From NCBI RefSeq assembly GCF_009914755.1, contig NC_060931.1: a stretch of 64,000 nucleotides of DNA. One strand, written 5' to 3'. The DNA comes from the human T2T-CHM13v2.0 reference genome, Homo sapiens. Of this stretch, positions 43,301-58,790 are shown piece by piece; within the stretch, counting starts at the first letter, position 1, and every line of letters starts with the position of its first letter. Below the pieces are notes generated by a model, which saw nothing but the letters and a program-made list of their open reading frames with translations, was not told the origin of the DNA and ran no database searches. A program made the translations under genes and the position numbers.

Positions 43301-44212
43301 ACAAATTGCTGGAGGCTTTGTGGACTACTGGAGAGTGATTAAAGTCCTGGATGTTGCAGCGTGACGGCTCCTTCAAGCTTTCTTGAGTTTTACCTCCAAG
43401 CATCTCATGAGGTTCCCATAGTAAAGATTAAAAAGAAAAAAAAACTCCTCATGTCTCTGACAGGAGAAAGTGATCTGTAAAATTATTGTGAAATAACCCC
43501 AGAGCATTCTCCATAACAATAGACTGCTCCCCAAGGTGAAAAACTTTGCTAAAGCATCATCCCAGGTGGAGCAGGGGCATTGCTCCCACTCTAGCCCCCT
43601 CCAGCCTTGCTGTCTCAGCTAGGAAGACAAAAAAGACTGTGAAGGTCACAGCCCAGGGACACGGACACAGTAAAAGGCTGAGACTTAGTCATAGGATTAT
43701 AGATTCCAATGCTTGCCCATCTCTACTCCTCACCACTGCACCAACAGGGTTCCTGTGTAATAACAGTGGACTACAGCTTGAAGAGCTACAGACTCCCCCT
43801 AAGAAAAGCATCCAGGAGAGCCCAGAGTCAGGAGGGGAGAAAAAGATAAGGACAGAGGAGCAATTTAAAGCCTCTAGCGTCTGCAGTTAAAAGGTAAATA
43901 CACTGGGGTGGATTTAACTGTTACAGCCTTCTTCTTGGGAGGCCAAGGAGATTAACACAAATCCTTACACTAATAGCCTGTGTTCTTTAGTGACTATTAC
44001 TCAATACAACATGTCTAGTGTTCAGTGAAAAAGGTACAAGACATGCCAAAAATTAATGAAAAAAATTAAGAACAGAAATGAACATCCAAGAATTATAGGA
44101 TAATATCCAAATATATGAGATAGACATACCAGGAATATCTGGAATACCAGGAGGAAAAAGTAGAGAACAGAGCAGGAAAAATATTAAATTATAATGCCAA
44201 GAATTTTCATTA

Positions 44213-44501
44213 AATTTTTCTTTGAGACAGGGTCTCACTCTGTCACCCAGGCTGCAGTGCTATGGAACCATCATAGCTCACTGCACCCTTGAACTCCTAG
44301 GCTCAGGCAACCCTTCCATCTCAGCCTCCCTAGCAGGTCCAACTAAACGTGGGCACCACCATGTCTCTCTAATTGTTTTTTTTTTTAGATGGGGTCTCAC
44401 AATGTTGCCCAGGCTGGTCTCAAATTTCTGGCCTTAAGTGATTCTTCTGTCTTGGCCTCCAAAAGTTCTAGGATTACAGGCATGAGCCACCATGCCCAGC
44501 C
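44213..44501 (-). mobile_element. AluJ
   Basis: Antisense dimer; TSD aaga(a/g)ttttc at 44199-44208 and 44502-44511. Confidence 0.9.
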
Positions 44502-45185
44502 AAGAGTTTTCCAAAGTTACAATAGACATCAAACCACAGGTCGAGCTAACTCAGAAAGCATCAAACAGATTAAATACTGAAAACCTTCATTTAGAAGTAT
44601 CATAATCAAACTACATAAAATCAAAGGCAAAGAAAATAAATCTCAAAAGAAGCCAGAAAAAATAAATACCCTATCTATAGAGGAATAAAGAAAAGAATTA
44701 CAGTAGGTTTTCTGTCAAAATCCATGCAAGAAAGAGGAATGCAGTCAAACATTTAAAATGTTGAAATAAAAAAATTCAGCCTGGAATTTTATACCTATCT
44801 GTACTAGAATGGAATAATAACTCCCCACTAAACATAGTGACCCACCAGCTCTACATGAGGGCCCCCATGTTACTATACCTTTACAATCCTCCTAACACTT
44901 TTATTATGCCTGGAAAGTTGATTTAAAAAATTGTGTTTGTTTTTATTTAGTTAGTTATGGATAAGGCCGAGTATCTTTTCACATGTATGTAAGCTGTCTA
45001 TGTGCCTTTTTCCATTAAGTTATTTGTGAGTTTGTGTATCTATTTTGCTTTAAAATTCTCTCCCATGCTAAGATTATTTATGTAAGTATATGTATAAGCA
45101 TATTTAAAATGTTTTATTATAGTAATTTAGTTTTTTAAATATTTATATTATGAAGTCTTTTAGCATACAAAAATGTTTAGACCTT

Positions 45186-45630
45186 CACTGTCTAATACAG
45201 TAACCTCAAGCCATGTATGACTACTGAGCACTTGAAATACAGGTAGTATAAATTAACATGGGTTATGAGTGTAAAATAAACAACAGATGTCAAAGAACTA
45301 ATATCAATAAAAGAAATATACTATATAATTTATAATTCTATATTGATTACATGGTAAAATGATAATATTTAAATATATTGAGTCAAACTATATTACTAAA
45401 ATTAATTTTACTTTTAAATATTTAATTGACAAGTAAAAATTGTATATATTCAAGCTGTACAATGTGATGATTTGATATGCATATATATTGTGCACTGATT
45501 ACCACTGTCAAATTAACTAATATAGACATAATCACCCATATTTACCATTACTTTTAGCTTTTTAAACATGGGAATTAAAACATTTAAAATTACATATAGT
45601 CCACATTACATTTCTATTGGATAACTCTAC
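45186..45630. mobile_element. MER33-like hAT MITE with nested antisense L1MA tail (~45410-45550)
   Basis: ctgtctaatacagtaacc...tgagcacttgaaat...tattgattacatggtaaaatgataatatt...catttctattggataac. Confidence 0.75.
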
Positions 45631-47705
45631 GCTTACCATTTAATTTACAAATTTTAATTTTCTGTGAAATTTATTTCATATCTTTATAGAATGCTCAAAA
45701 AACATCAAGCAGGATAAATGTCAGAATGTCTACACCTAAACATATCATATTCAAATCATGAAAAATCAAAGATAAAGAAATCCTCAAAGAAGCCAGAGGG
45801 GAAAAAAATTTACCTATATAGGAACAGGGGCAAAAATTATATCAGACTTTGTCTCAAAAATTATACAAGCAAGAAGAGAATGCAATAAAATATTTAAGAT
45901 GTTGAGAGAAAAAAACCACCAACCTAAAATCCCATATCCAGTAAAATTATCTTTCAAACATGAAAAAGAAATAAAGACTTTCAGACAACAAAAACTTAAG
46001 GGAATTTATTGCCGATAGAGTCTTCCTGAGGGATATGTTAAAGGAAATTATTTGAGAAAAGGATAGATAGAGAAAAGGATAGAAAATCAGATCTATATAA
46101 AGAAAGGAAGAGTATTAAGGAAGGAATAAGCAAAAGTAAAATTTTGAAAATTTGCTTTTTTAAATTCTTAATCTGACAGATAATAGTTTGTTAAAAATAA
46201 TAGTAGTAACAATGCATTCACTGATTATAGTTTAAGAATAAGTAAAATTAATGCCAGCAATGATACAAAGGACAAGCAAGAGATATTAGAAAAGCTTTAT
46301 TATAGGAACTTTTACTACCTAGAAAGTAGTATAGTGTTATGTGAAGATGGAGTTGGATTAGTTGTAAATATGTATTGCAAACACTAGGGTAACCACTAAA
46401 AGAATGGGGGGAGGGGAGAGGTATAATTGATGTGCGAAGAAAGGAAAGAAAATAAAGTCATATAAAATGCCCAATTTAAACCACAGAAAGCAGAAACAAA
46501 GACAAAGAGAGTCAATAGAAAAGAGTAACAAATAGGGTAGATATTAATTCAACTACATCAATAATCACCGTAAATCCTACTGGTCTAAATATACAATCAA
46601 AAGACAGAGACTGTCAGAGTGAAACAACAGCCAACTATATGTCATCTAAAAGAAATCAACTTCAAATATAAAAATACAGATAGATTGAAAATAAGGGGAT
46701 GGAGGAAGATACATCATGCTAACACTAATCAAATGAAAGGTGGAGTTGTTATATTGATGTCAGACAGAGCCGACTTCAGAGCAAGGAAAATTGGCAAAGA
46801 TAAAGAAGGGCATCACATAACGATAAATTAGTCAAGTCTCCAAGAAGACATAGCAATCCTTAATGTGTATGTACCTTGCAACAGAGTGTCAATACATGTG
46901 AGCCACAAAGTGAAATAACTTCAATGGGAAACAGATAAATTTACTATTACACTGGAGAATTCAACACCCCTCCATCCGTTAGACCAGCAGGCAGAAAATC
47001 AGTAAGGCCACAGTTGAACTCAATAGCATCATTAATTAACTCACTTTAATTAACATGTATAAAATTATGCACATTGTCTTCAAGCCTACATGAAATACTA
47101 ACCAAGATAAACTGTATTCTGAAAAAAAAAAAACCACTTAACAAATTTAAAAGAATAGCAATCATGCAATGTTTGCTCTCAGGCCATTAAGGCCACAGAG
47201 GAATTAAACTGGAAATCAACAATAGGAAGATAGTGGAAAATCCCAACTTGGAAGTTAAACAGCACATTTCTAGGAAACACATGGGAAATCTTAAGAGAAA
47301 TTTAAAAATTTTTGAAATAAATAAAAATTCAACTTTTCAAAATTTGTGGAAGGCATTGAAAGCAGAGGAAAATTTATAGCACTGAATGCATATATTAAAG
47401 AAGAAAATCTGAACTCAATAACCTAAGTTTCCACTTAGGAAACTAGAAAAAGAAGAGCAAATTAAATTTGAAGTAAGCAGAAGAAAACAAGTAATAAAAA
47501 TTGGAACTGAAATCAATAAAACTGAAAATAGGATACCAGTTAAAAAAATCAGTGAAACCAAAAGATGACTCTTTTAAAAATTCAATAAAATTAGTAACAC
47601 TCTAGCCAGAGTAACTAAGAAAAATAGAGATATAACAAATTACTAATATCAGAAATGAAAGAGGTCATCACCACATATTCTGTGGATATTAAAACGATAA
47701 CAATG

Positions 47706-47860
47706 AGCTACTCAGGATGCTGAGGCAGGAGAATCGCTTGAACCCAAGGAAGTGGAGGTTGTGGTGAGCCGAGATCACGCCACTGCACTCCAGCCTGGGC
47801 AACAGAGCAAGACTCTGTCTCAAAAAAAAATAAATAAATAAATAAATATATATATATATA
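47706..47860 (+). mobile_element. Alu right-arm fragment (5'-truncated)
   Basis: agctactcagg...gactctgtctc followed by A/TAAA/TA tail. Confidence 0.9.
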
Positions 47861-49870
47861 TGTAGAACAATCTTATGCTCACAAATTCAAAAACCTAGAT
47901 GAAATTGAACAATTTTTGAAAGACACAATCTGCCAAAACTCACACAAGAAGAAATAGACAATCTGAATAGTCATATATATTTTATATATATACATATATA
48001 TATACATACATTTAATCAAATCAATTTCAGCAAAGAATAATGGGATTTTGAGAAAAAAACAAAATATCATTTATAATAGCACCCCCAAAATAAAATAGTT
48101 ATAAATTTAACAAAGTATTTATAAGATTTAGCTGAGGAAAACTATTAAACTCTGGTGAAAGAAATCAAAGAACTAAATAAATGGAGATATGATCAATTTC
48201 TGGAAAGACTCAGCATTAGTAAGATGTCAGCTCTTCCCAACTCGACCTATAGATTCAATGCCATCCCAATGAAACTCCCAGAAATTTATTTTGAGGATAT
48301 AGGCAAACTTGTTCTAAAGTTTATTTGAAGAGACAAAAGACCAAGAACAGCCAATACAATACTGAAGCTACAGTAATCAAGACAGTGTGGCATAAGATAA
48401 ATAGATTAAAGGAACAGACTAGAAACCAGAGATAGAACCACAAACATGAAGTCAACTGATCTTTGATGAAGGAGAAAAGACAATACAGTGGAGAAAGAAT
48501 TATTTTTACAACAAATGATGCTAGAACAACTAGACACCCACATATAGAAAAGTGAACCTAGACACTGAACTTACATCCTTAATTCAAAATGAGTCATAGG
48601 CCTAAATGCAAAATGCAAAATTATGAAACTTACAGAAGATAACATAGAAAAAAGTTAGATGACCTTAAGCTTGATCATGATTTTTAACTCTACACCAAAA
48701 ACATGATCCATGAAATAAATAATTTATAAACTGGAGTTCACTAAAATTACAAAATTTTTTCTCTAAAAGACAGTATCAAGAGAATAAAAAGATAAGCCAC
48801 AGACTGGGGGAATATATTTGCAAATACATACCTTGTATCTCATAAATAACCCACATAATGCAAAATATGTTTTTAAAAAAACTTAAAATTCAACAAGGAG
48901 CAAAAAATGGAATCGATTTGAAGACATCTCATCAAAGAAGATATATAGATGACAAACAAGAATGTGAAAACATACTCAACATCATATGTCATTTGAGAAT
49001 TGCAAATTAAAACAATGACAGGCGTGCATGTGGTTAAAATAAAAAACCCTAACACCATCAAAAGCTGTAGAGAATGGGAAACGAGCAAATGCTCGTGGGA
49101 ATGCAAAATGGTGCAGCTGTTAAGCTATTTCTTACAAAACTAAACATATGTTATCATATGGTCCAGAAATTGCATCCCTTGCTATTTACTGAAATGAATT
49201 GAAAATGTATGTCCACATAATAACTTATACATAGATATCTGTTACAGCTTTATTCATAATTGCCAGAATTTGGAAGCAACTTAGATGTCTTTCCATAGCA
49301 GAGTAGGTAAATGATCTGGCACATCTAAATAATGGGATGTTACTTAGGGCTAAAAAGAAATGAGCCATCAAGCCATGGGAAGACGTAGAGAAAAATTAAA
49401 TGTGTATGAGAGGGAAGCCAATCTGAAAACAGTAATATACTGTATGATTTTAGTTATATGCATTCCAGAAAAGGAAAAACTATGGACACAGTAAAAAGAT
49501 CAGGTTGCCAGGGGTTTGGATATAGGGAACAAAAAATAGGTTGAGCACAGGGGATTTTTAGGCCAGTGAAACTACTCTGTATGATACTGCAATGATGGAT
49601 ACTAGACATTATGCATTTGTCACAACCCATAGGACTGTACTGCACTAAGTGTGAACCCTAATGTAAACTATATAGTTAATAATAATAATGTGTCAATGTT
49701 GATTCATCAAATGTAACAAATGCTCCCTACTAATTCAAGACGAAAACTGTCAGGTGGGAGAGGTTGATGCATGAGAATTCTTTGTACTTTTGCACCATTT
49801 TGCTGTGAACCTAAAACTGCTCTAAAAAAAATCATATTTTTTAAAAAATAAAATAGTTCATTACAAATTA

Positions 49871-50500
49871 TGATAGATTAGATTATTTTTCAAAAATATT
49901 TGTCTTTCCTGCATGGGTAGAGAATAATTTGCCCTCACTTACCTGACTTTGGACTTGGACGAATGACTTGCTTTGGCCAATGGAATGTTAGCAGGCACTG
50001 CTTTTTAAGGCTTAAAAAGCACTCATATGATTGGGCTTTTACTCTTACACTTCTGCCATTGTCATGAGAAAAATATGCCCTGACTATTCTCAGGAGGGGA
50101 TGAGCATGAAACAGAGTTGCCCTGGCCAAGTCAGTCCAGCTGAGCCTAACCACTCACATCTGACCTGCAGATGTATGAATAAGCCCAAGATCCACAGAAC
50201 CACCTAGGTGAACCCAGTCTAGACCAACTGGCACTCAGCTGACCCACAGATTTGTGAACTAAATAAGTTTATATTGTTGTATGCCACTGCAATATTCTCA
50301 TTTTTCATTATGTAGCAATATTTAATAAAGACAAATAGGTACATGGAAGTGGGATGATACCATAATAAAACCTCGAAGATGTAAGTTTGGTTTGAGAACC
50401 AGAAAATGGGTAGTGAGAAAACTATTATAGGAGGCTGAAAATGGTGTTACGTAGCCATGAAATATTTAGTAAAACTATTGCCTGAAGTAAATTGGAAGAA
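49871..50500 (+). mobile_element. MLT1G/H-like LTR plus start of internal region
   Basis: tgacttgctttggccaatggaatgttagcag...tattgttgtatgccactg; followed by ggtacatggaagtggg. Confidence 0.7.
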
Positions 50501-50714
50501 ATATTTATTTGCATTTACACCAAATTTTAGAAATACTGTGTCAATTTCTGCACATGCACACACACAACAAAACTTGTCTAGAGTTCGACCAATATTGCAT
50601 TAAACTATGATAATTTTAAGAGAATTGAGTTCTGTACAATAATGTGTCTCCCATTTCACGAACATAGTACGTTCTTTCATTTATTTTGGTCTTTTAAAAA
50701 TATTTTTTTCTCAA

Positions 50715-51655
50715 GGCCAGGCACACTGGCTCACACCTATAATGGCAGCACCTTGGGAGGCTGAGATGGGTGGATCAGATTGGCCCAGGAATTTGAGAAC
50801 AGCTGGGCAACATGGCAAACCCTGCCTCTACATAAAATACAAAAAATTAGTCGGGCATAGTGGCACATGCCTGTAGGCCCCACTGTGGCAGGCCAGGTCT
50901 CACTAATGCAGGCCTCCATAACAACTGTTTCAGTACTGACTGGGTGGTTAAGTTAAATATTAAAAGCCAGCCCCCTTATATAAAGGCTGGGATGTAACAA
51001 AAGCCCACCGAGATTTTTGCCAAGGCCTTTCCTGGGCCTTAAAGCATGACAAAATAATGAAGGAATTCTTAGCAGGACCCATTTAGAATTAAACAAGCTT
51101 ATTGTGGGTCTGAAGAAACTCCCCAGGCCTCCACAAACAAGTTTATTGAGGGTCTGAAGGAAATCCCCAAACCTCTGTGATTTAGCAGGAGACAAGATAA
51201 GGGTAATCACCCCAGCACCTGGATCCATTTAGATTAAGTAAATTTACTGAGGCACCAGAGGAAGATCTTCAGGACTCAGACCTTAGTTACAGATTAAAAG
51301 AAGTTAATCACTTATGCCTTTAGATGAATGCACACTTATATGTAGACATATAGCTTAGAAGGTATGTAAGTTCTGGAAAACTTTGTAATTTTGAGTTGGT
51401 CTGGTGATAATTTCCAGGCCTTCTCCCTGTAACCAGTTGCAGAAATAAAAACTATCTTCCTCCCCAGTTCATCTGCATCTTATTTTGGGGCCACGAGAAA
51501 TAGCAGCCTGACCCTCAGTTTGGTCCGGGACACCACTACTTGGGAGGCTGAGGTGGAGGTTTGCTTGAGCCCGGCAGGTTAAGGCCGCAGTGAGTCATGA
51601 TTGCGCCACTGCAATCTAGCCTGGGCAACAGAGCAAGACCTTGTCTCAAATAGAA
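50715..51655 (+). mobile_element. AluJ split by an LTR
   Basis: Left part 50715-50883; right arm resumes at 51537 (tacttgggaggctgagg). Confidence 0.9.
50884..51532 (+). mobile_element. ERV1 solo LTR (LTR15-like)
   Basis: TG...CA termini, AATAAA near the 3' end, perfect 4-bp TSD ccac at 50880-50883 and 51533-51536. Confidence 0.85.
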
Positions 51656-52329
51656 ATTAGTATACATATTTATAAAACATATATATTCTCAACTATCTTT
51701 TATACTTTTCGGTATAAATATTTTACATCTTTTTTATAGATTTATTCTTAGTTATTTGATTTTTTAATGTTAAATTACATATTTTTAAATTTTCATTTTC
51801 TTTTGGTTTGCCACTGATGTATCAAATACAACGGGTTTTTATATGATGGTGTTGAACCAGGTGGCCTTGCTAAATTCACTTACCTAATAGTTTATCTGTA
51901 ATGCTGAAAAGATTTTTTATAATTACAATTATGTTGAATTAGAATAATTACACTTTTACTTTTTCTGTTATAATCTTTTTACCTTTATTTTCTTGTCTTC
52001 CCTTATTGTACTAGCTCCAGTAAAATGGCCCTCAACAAACAAGAGATTGAGAAGATCACACAATTCAAAATTCATGTAAAAGTCTAACTAGCTCTAAGCC
52101 AATGCTTTCTTTTATATGTTTTTTTTAAAGTTCAGTTTAACTTCGCAGCACATTTTTCATAACTTTGTCTGCTATACAAATTGTTCTGAGTCTCACTGAA
52201 ATGAACAGCTATGTGAACATCAAACACAAACTGTTTTATTGGAAATTACCAATGACATCATTAGGAAAACCAAGAGACCAAAGAAAGACTTGGGAGTAAT
52301 GAAACAAATGCACTTCTAGCCAGCTTCTA

Positions 52330-54545
52330 TGTTAGATTTTTTTGGCCAAATCCATGGGCAAATCATAAAGATTGACACCAAAATGCTGCAACAATCAATT
52401 ACAAGTTCTCTTGAAACAAATGGAAAAATTTTAAAAAAAACTGCAAATAAATAGTTTCTAAAAAAAAAAAAAGAACCAAGTGGAAATTATAGAAGTAAAA
52501 AATACAATAATATAATATTTTTTGTTTTCAGTTGACACCATGCTCCTACTAGTAAAGACAGGGGATACAATGAGTGAATTTGAAGACAGAACAATTTAAT
52601 TTACCTAACCTGAACAACCAAAAGAAAATAGTCTGGAAAGAAAAAACAAGAGTGAACAGAGCCTAAGAAACCTCAGCGACAACAACAAAAGTTGCAACAC
52701 CCATAAACTAAGAGTCCAGATGTAGGCCCTAACATATCAATAATTACCTTAAATACACCAATTAAAAGATTGGTGAGGTGGTAAAAACAAATACAGATAG
52801 CCCAACTGCGTGCTACTTACAAGAAACTCACTTCAAGTTCCACAACATAGGTTAGTTGAAAGTAAAAGGATGGAGAAAGATATGCTGGTAAATTTTATAA
52901 CTTAGAAAGTATAGACCAACTCCTCAAAACCCCAAACTACCAAAACTCACCTGAGATGAAATGATAATCTTAATAAACCTATAACCACCAAATTCATAAT
53001 TTAAAAGCTCCCTAAAAGGAAATGTCCAGGCCCAAAAGGTTGACCTGAAGAGCTCTTCAAAACATTTTTTACAAAACATAATAGCCATTTTACACAGTGT
53101 CTGGCAGAAAATAGGAAACAGGGAAATCTTGTCAACTCATTTTATGAGGCCAACATTACCTTTCTATCAACACTGGACACAGTCAATGCTAGAAATACTG
53201 CTACAGGTCAATATTTCTTATGGACTTAGACACAAAAGCTATCTACAACATATTAGCAAACTAAATTCTGCAGTGTCCAATCAAACCACCATAACCAAGT
53301 AAGATTTATTCCAAGTACACAAGCCTGGTTTGACATCTGAAAATCAATCCACATAATTTACCATACAAACAAGAGGAAGACAAGTCATATGATCTTATCA
53401 ATTGATGCAGGAAAAGCATTTCAAGAAAATATAACACCCATTCCTAATAAAAACTCTCAACAAGATAGAAACAGAAGAGAATTACTTCAAATTTATAAGA
53501 GTATCTACAAAAAAAACACCTACCTCTAACATCATAGTTAATGGTGAAAGACTGAAGGTTTTCTCCCTAAGAAGGGAGCAGGCAGAGATGTCCACTCTCA
53601 CCACTCGTATTCAACACAGTGCTGGAAGTTCTTGCCATTGCATGAAGGCAAGAAAAATAAAGACATACAGATTGGAAAGGAAGAAACAAAATTATCTCTA
53701 TTTGCAGAAGAAAATTGTCCACGTAGAAATTCCCAAGGAATTTACTTAAAATAAAAAATCCAAAAACCTCCCAGTAATAATAAATGAGTTGAGTAAAGTC
53801 ACAGGACACAGAATCAATTATCTCATCTCTATCTACTAACAATGAACATGTAGAAATGGAAATTTAACCAAAGGTTACCTACTGTATGATTTCATTTATA
53901 TAACATTTTCAAGTTGACAAAATTTTAAGAATAGAGAACAGATCAGTGATTGCCAGAGTGGGGCATTGGGTGAAGGGAAGGAGGTGTGCAGGTGTGGTTG
54001 TAAAAGGGTAACACAGGGATCCTTTTGGTGTTGGAACTATTCAGATATTGACTATGTTGAATACATGAGCCTACACAAGTGACAAAATATACAGAACTTA
54101 ATACACACATACAGAATGAATACAGGTAAAACTGGGGAAATCTTAATAAGATTAGTGGATTATGTCAATACCTATATCCTGGCTGTAATACTAGAGTTTT
54201 GCAAAAATGCTACCTTTGTGGGGAACAGGACAATGAGTGCAATGGATCTCTCCATATAAATTTTTTTTAAATGTTTCTTTTTTAATTTTTTTAATTGACA
54301 GATAAAATTATATGTATTTCCCATGTACAACATGATGTTTTGTAGTGGTTATACATTGTGGAATGACTAAATCTAGCCAATTAACATATGCAATATCTCA
54401 CATAGTTATCATTTTTGTGAGAATACTTTATATCCACCCAGCATTTTTCAAGAATGTAATTTATTATAAACTACAGTAACCATGTTGTATGATAGATGTC
54501 TCTATTAATTCTTACAATTGCATGTGAATCTACAATTATCCCAAT
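52330..54545 (+). mobile_element. Internally deleted L1MD-like element
   Basis: ORF2 remnants (caactcattttatgaggccaacattac; attgatgcaggaaaagcattt) and L1MD-type 3' end (cttacaattgcatgtgaatctacaattatc). Confidence 0.8.
54265..54500 (-). mobile_element. L1MA-like 3' tail nested in L1MD
   Basis: aattgacagataaaattatatgtattt...ccatgttgtatgataga. Confidence 0.75.
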
Positions 54546-54999
54546 TTAATAATTGATCATGTTATACTTCTACACTTTCTTATTCACAATTCTAGTATCC
54601 GGAATTTTTTAAAAACAAACAAAAAATTATAATTTATTCAGTCTTAAGGTTTGACTTGATTTGAAAACATTTAGCTGTGAATGCTAAACTGAAGAGAGGA
54701 TATTTATAGTCTTTATCCCACATAATAGGTATACATTATATACATATCTTATAAGGTTCTGAAAATTTGTAAATTCTGAAATAGAGCTTTGTCTCAAAAT
54801 TTTCAATGAAGGACTGTGTGGTCTTTGTTGATTACTGAGCTGTAATCAACCCAAATCAATAGCTATTGAGTACAGTAGGGTTTGGCTGTTGACCAGGGTT
54901 AGAACCCCGTAAAGTCCATTCAAACCTTTTTATGACCAAGATACAGAAAGACTAAAAGTATCAAAATTGCATGTTTCCTTTAAAAAAGCAATAAAAAAC

Positions 55000-55270
55000 T
55001 TTATTCATTCTTCTCTATTCACTCACACACTCATTTATTCATTCAACAAGGATTCACTGAATGTTGATTGTGTTCGGTTATGAGCTGTGTCCTTTGATGA
55101 ACATTAAATTATTTCATATTCTTAGCAGAAGTCCTCAAAATGAGCATCACGCCTCCATTTTATAGAAGAGGAGACTGAAACCTAGACAATTTAAATATCA
55201 CCCTAGGTCAGATAGCAGAAACTTAAAGCCAGGACTCTATCTCATGTCTGTCTGGCTCTAAAGCCTGTTT
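55000..55270 (-). mobile_element. L2 tail and MIR fragments
   Basis: cattcaacaaggattcactgaatg; ccattttatagaagaggagactgaaac. Confidence 0.55.
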
Positions 55271-56882
55271 TTTTTATCTTCACCAAAGGGAAAATTCAGA
55301 CATGTAAGACTAATCTCGTATCTCTAACTCTTACCTGTTTCAAAAAGTCTAGAATGACACACAAAGGCACCAAGTAGCAATTTTACAAGAATTGAATTAA
55401 TCTTGAAAAAGAATGTAACTCAATGCAGGTTAGAAATTTGAATACACATTTTTCAAAAAGTAGAAAACTTAAAATGAATACCTTAGATGAAAGTGAATAT
55501 TTTTAGGAAAAAGAAATATAAGTGAAGTTGAGACTAAAAGAAATTTCTAGCAAATAAGAAAGAGTCTACAGTAAAATTACTATCTGATTTGGGTAATTTT
55601 TCAGTAACAGTGTGATTATTACTTAAAAGGCAAGATTTTCTTCGTTCTGTAGAGAAGGCTATTATCCACCTCTTCTTTGAATTGGCAGGATATCAGTATA
55701 GCTTGACATATGAAAGGTAGCATCCTATCAGTTAACATAACGCAATGTGATTCAATGCACTGCAATGAAAATAAAGTTAAGGTCCAGGTATTTGTATCTA
55801 TTCCTCCTCTTTTTTCTTCTCAGGATCCTTCTCTTTGGTGTTTGTTGGGCTGCCCAGCATTTATTTAACTGTGCAGGTAACCTCACTCAAGAAACTGAGG
55901 AAAGCTAAACCCCTCCACAGTGGCAAAAATGAGGGACACACTCTGAGAAAAAGAACCAGGATTGTGAAAGAGGCCACAGGATGATCCAGTAAGATAGGAG
56001 GGGAGCATGAGGAAGAAGGCTCCCTGAGGGCTGGGGTGAGGGTGAAACAGTTGTGGGCAGGACCTCTGGTAGCCGCCTTCAAGGCTGGAACACGAGGGAG
56101 GCGGCGGTACACTATGGTAGGGTTTCTGAAGGTTTCTTTCAGATACATTATATAACCCATTCTTCAGTGACCCAGAACTTCTCTCAGGACCCGTAATGCT
56201 ATTGCTTGTATCTGGCAATAAGTAAGTGTTTACTTGTCTACGGAAATTTTTTTTGGATGGATTTTCTAGATCATATGTGTTGTTTTTTTGAAGCTGTGAT
56301 GTGCTGCTATTGGCCATAAAGCAAAAGAACAAATTTTTGGTTTTATATGGGTCTCTAAAGATCTGCCATTGAAAGAATCATCTCCTACAAAAGTTTCAAA
56401 CAATGATTATTCTGTTTAATACGAATTTTCAAGGCATAACCTTTAGAGTAGACAGTTTATTCTAACCCCTCCCTCAGTCTATTTCCCAAAGTATTGCTTG
56501 ATTGAATGAACACTAATTGTGTAATAGAAACAACACTTTGAGAAGTTCTAGTAGTCGGGTTATAAGAAATGGTTAGGAAAGGAAGTCAGTAACCGTGTGC
56601 ACAAGAACAATAATTAGCTGGATAGCAGGAAGCTGCCGGGTTCTCACACAAAAGCTTTCAGGCTCATCTTTTCCCTCTTACTTCCTCTCTTAAGGTGTCA
56701 CCAACATACATATAGTCTCCTTTAAAAAGATTTGGCATCCTAAAGTGAGTTATTATTTTTAAAGTCAAGTAAAAATACAGTAACCCAGAATGAGAAAGAC
56801 TCTGTAATAAGTCATTCAGGCATTTACATACAGACTAAGCATAATAGGATGACATCTATAATCTGACGAAGAGTGTGAATCT

Positions 56883-57171
56883 GCTGGGTGCAGTGGCTCA
56901 TGCCTGTAATCCCAGCACTTTGAGAGGGTGAGGCGGGTGGATTGCTTGAGGTCAGGAGTTCGAAACCAGCCTGGCCAACATGGCAAAACACTGTCTCTAC
57001 TAAAAATACAAAAAAAAAGTAACCAGGCATGGTGGTGCCTGTAGTCCCAGCTACTCAAGAGGTTGAGGCAGGAGAATCTCTTGAACCCAGGAGACGAGGT
57101 TGCAGTGAGCTGAGATCACGCCACTGCACTCCAGCCTGGGTGACAGAGTGAGACTCTGTTTCAAAGAAAAA
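56883..57171 (+). mobile_element. AluS
   Basis: Perfect 14-bp TSD aagagtgtgaatct at 56869-56882 and 57172-57185. Confidence 0.96.
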
Positions 57172-57825
57172 AAGAGTGTGAATCTTTTCTCCCCTTGCTT
57201 TATAGCATAAGAGAAAGGCCATCAAGTTGGGGGCACATTTCTCATTCTGAGTGAGGCTGACTTTGCCTTCACAATGTAAATCATGGACACACATGGGAGA
57301 TGAGGTCTTCCCATACAACTGTATGTAGTTTTCAATCTCACAACAATAATCAGGCAACATCCTAGAGAATAATTATAAGTGGATTTGTTGGAAGTAGGAG
57401 GGAGAATGAAGCTTCATCATGCATACAACCAGTTTGTCTTGTGTAATGTAAGATGCATCCTAGTTATTCTGAAACAGTATTTAAAGCAAAAGGTTTGATC
57501 AAGATAGAAAAAAATAGATAAAGCTTAGTCTCATGGAATGATCTATGGGTTACTCATCCAAGCTCTCACTTTCTCCCCTTCTCTATCCATATTAACTACA
57601 CATGTGGGCTTGATAGTGCACAAGATAGCCTCAATTCACAAGATAACTTTCTTTCTTTTAGCAAACACTCAGCCTTCTCACACTATTCTCATATCTAGAA
57701 GATTGACCTAAAATCTCAGTTAATCAACTTATGCCTAAAAGCAGATATCAGTGCAAAAACCTTAGCAATGTCTAGGAGGAAATAATCAATGAGATGACAA
57801 TGGAAAGAAAGCCTATATATCCTAT

Positions 57826-58790
<965 letters not shown>

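Larger units (their letters stand above)
43036..49855 (+). mobile_element. Long decayed L1MC1/2-like sequence (5'UTR to 3' end, possibly two elements)
   Basis: Starts acttccggtttc; ORF1/ORF2 remnants (ctggagaattcaacacccc; atagattcaatgccatcccaat); 3' end ttttgctgtgaacctaaaactgctctaaaaaa. Confidence 0.85.

Noticed and set aside
55883-56332. 149-aa minus-strand ORF and nearby plus-strand acceptor/donor pair (55824-55876)
   Set aside because: No recognisable homology, the donor is weak, and nothing else supports it
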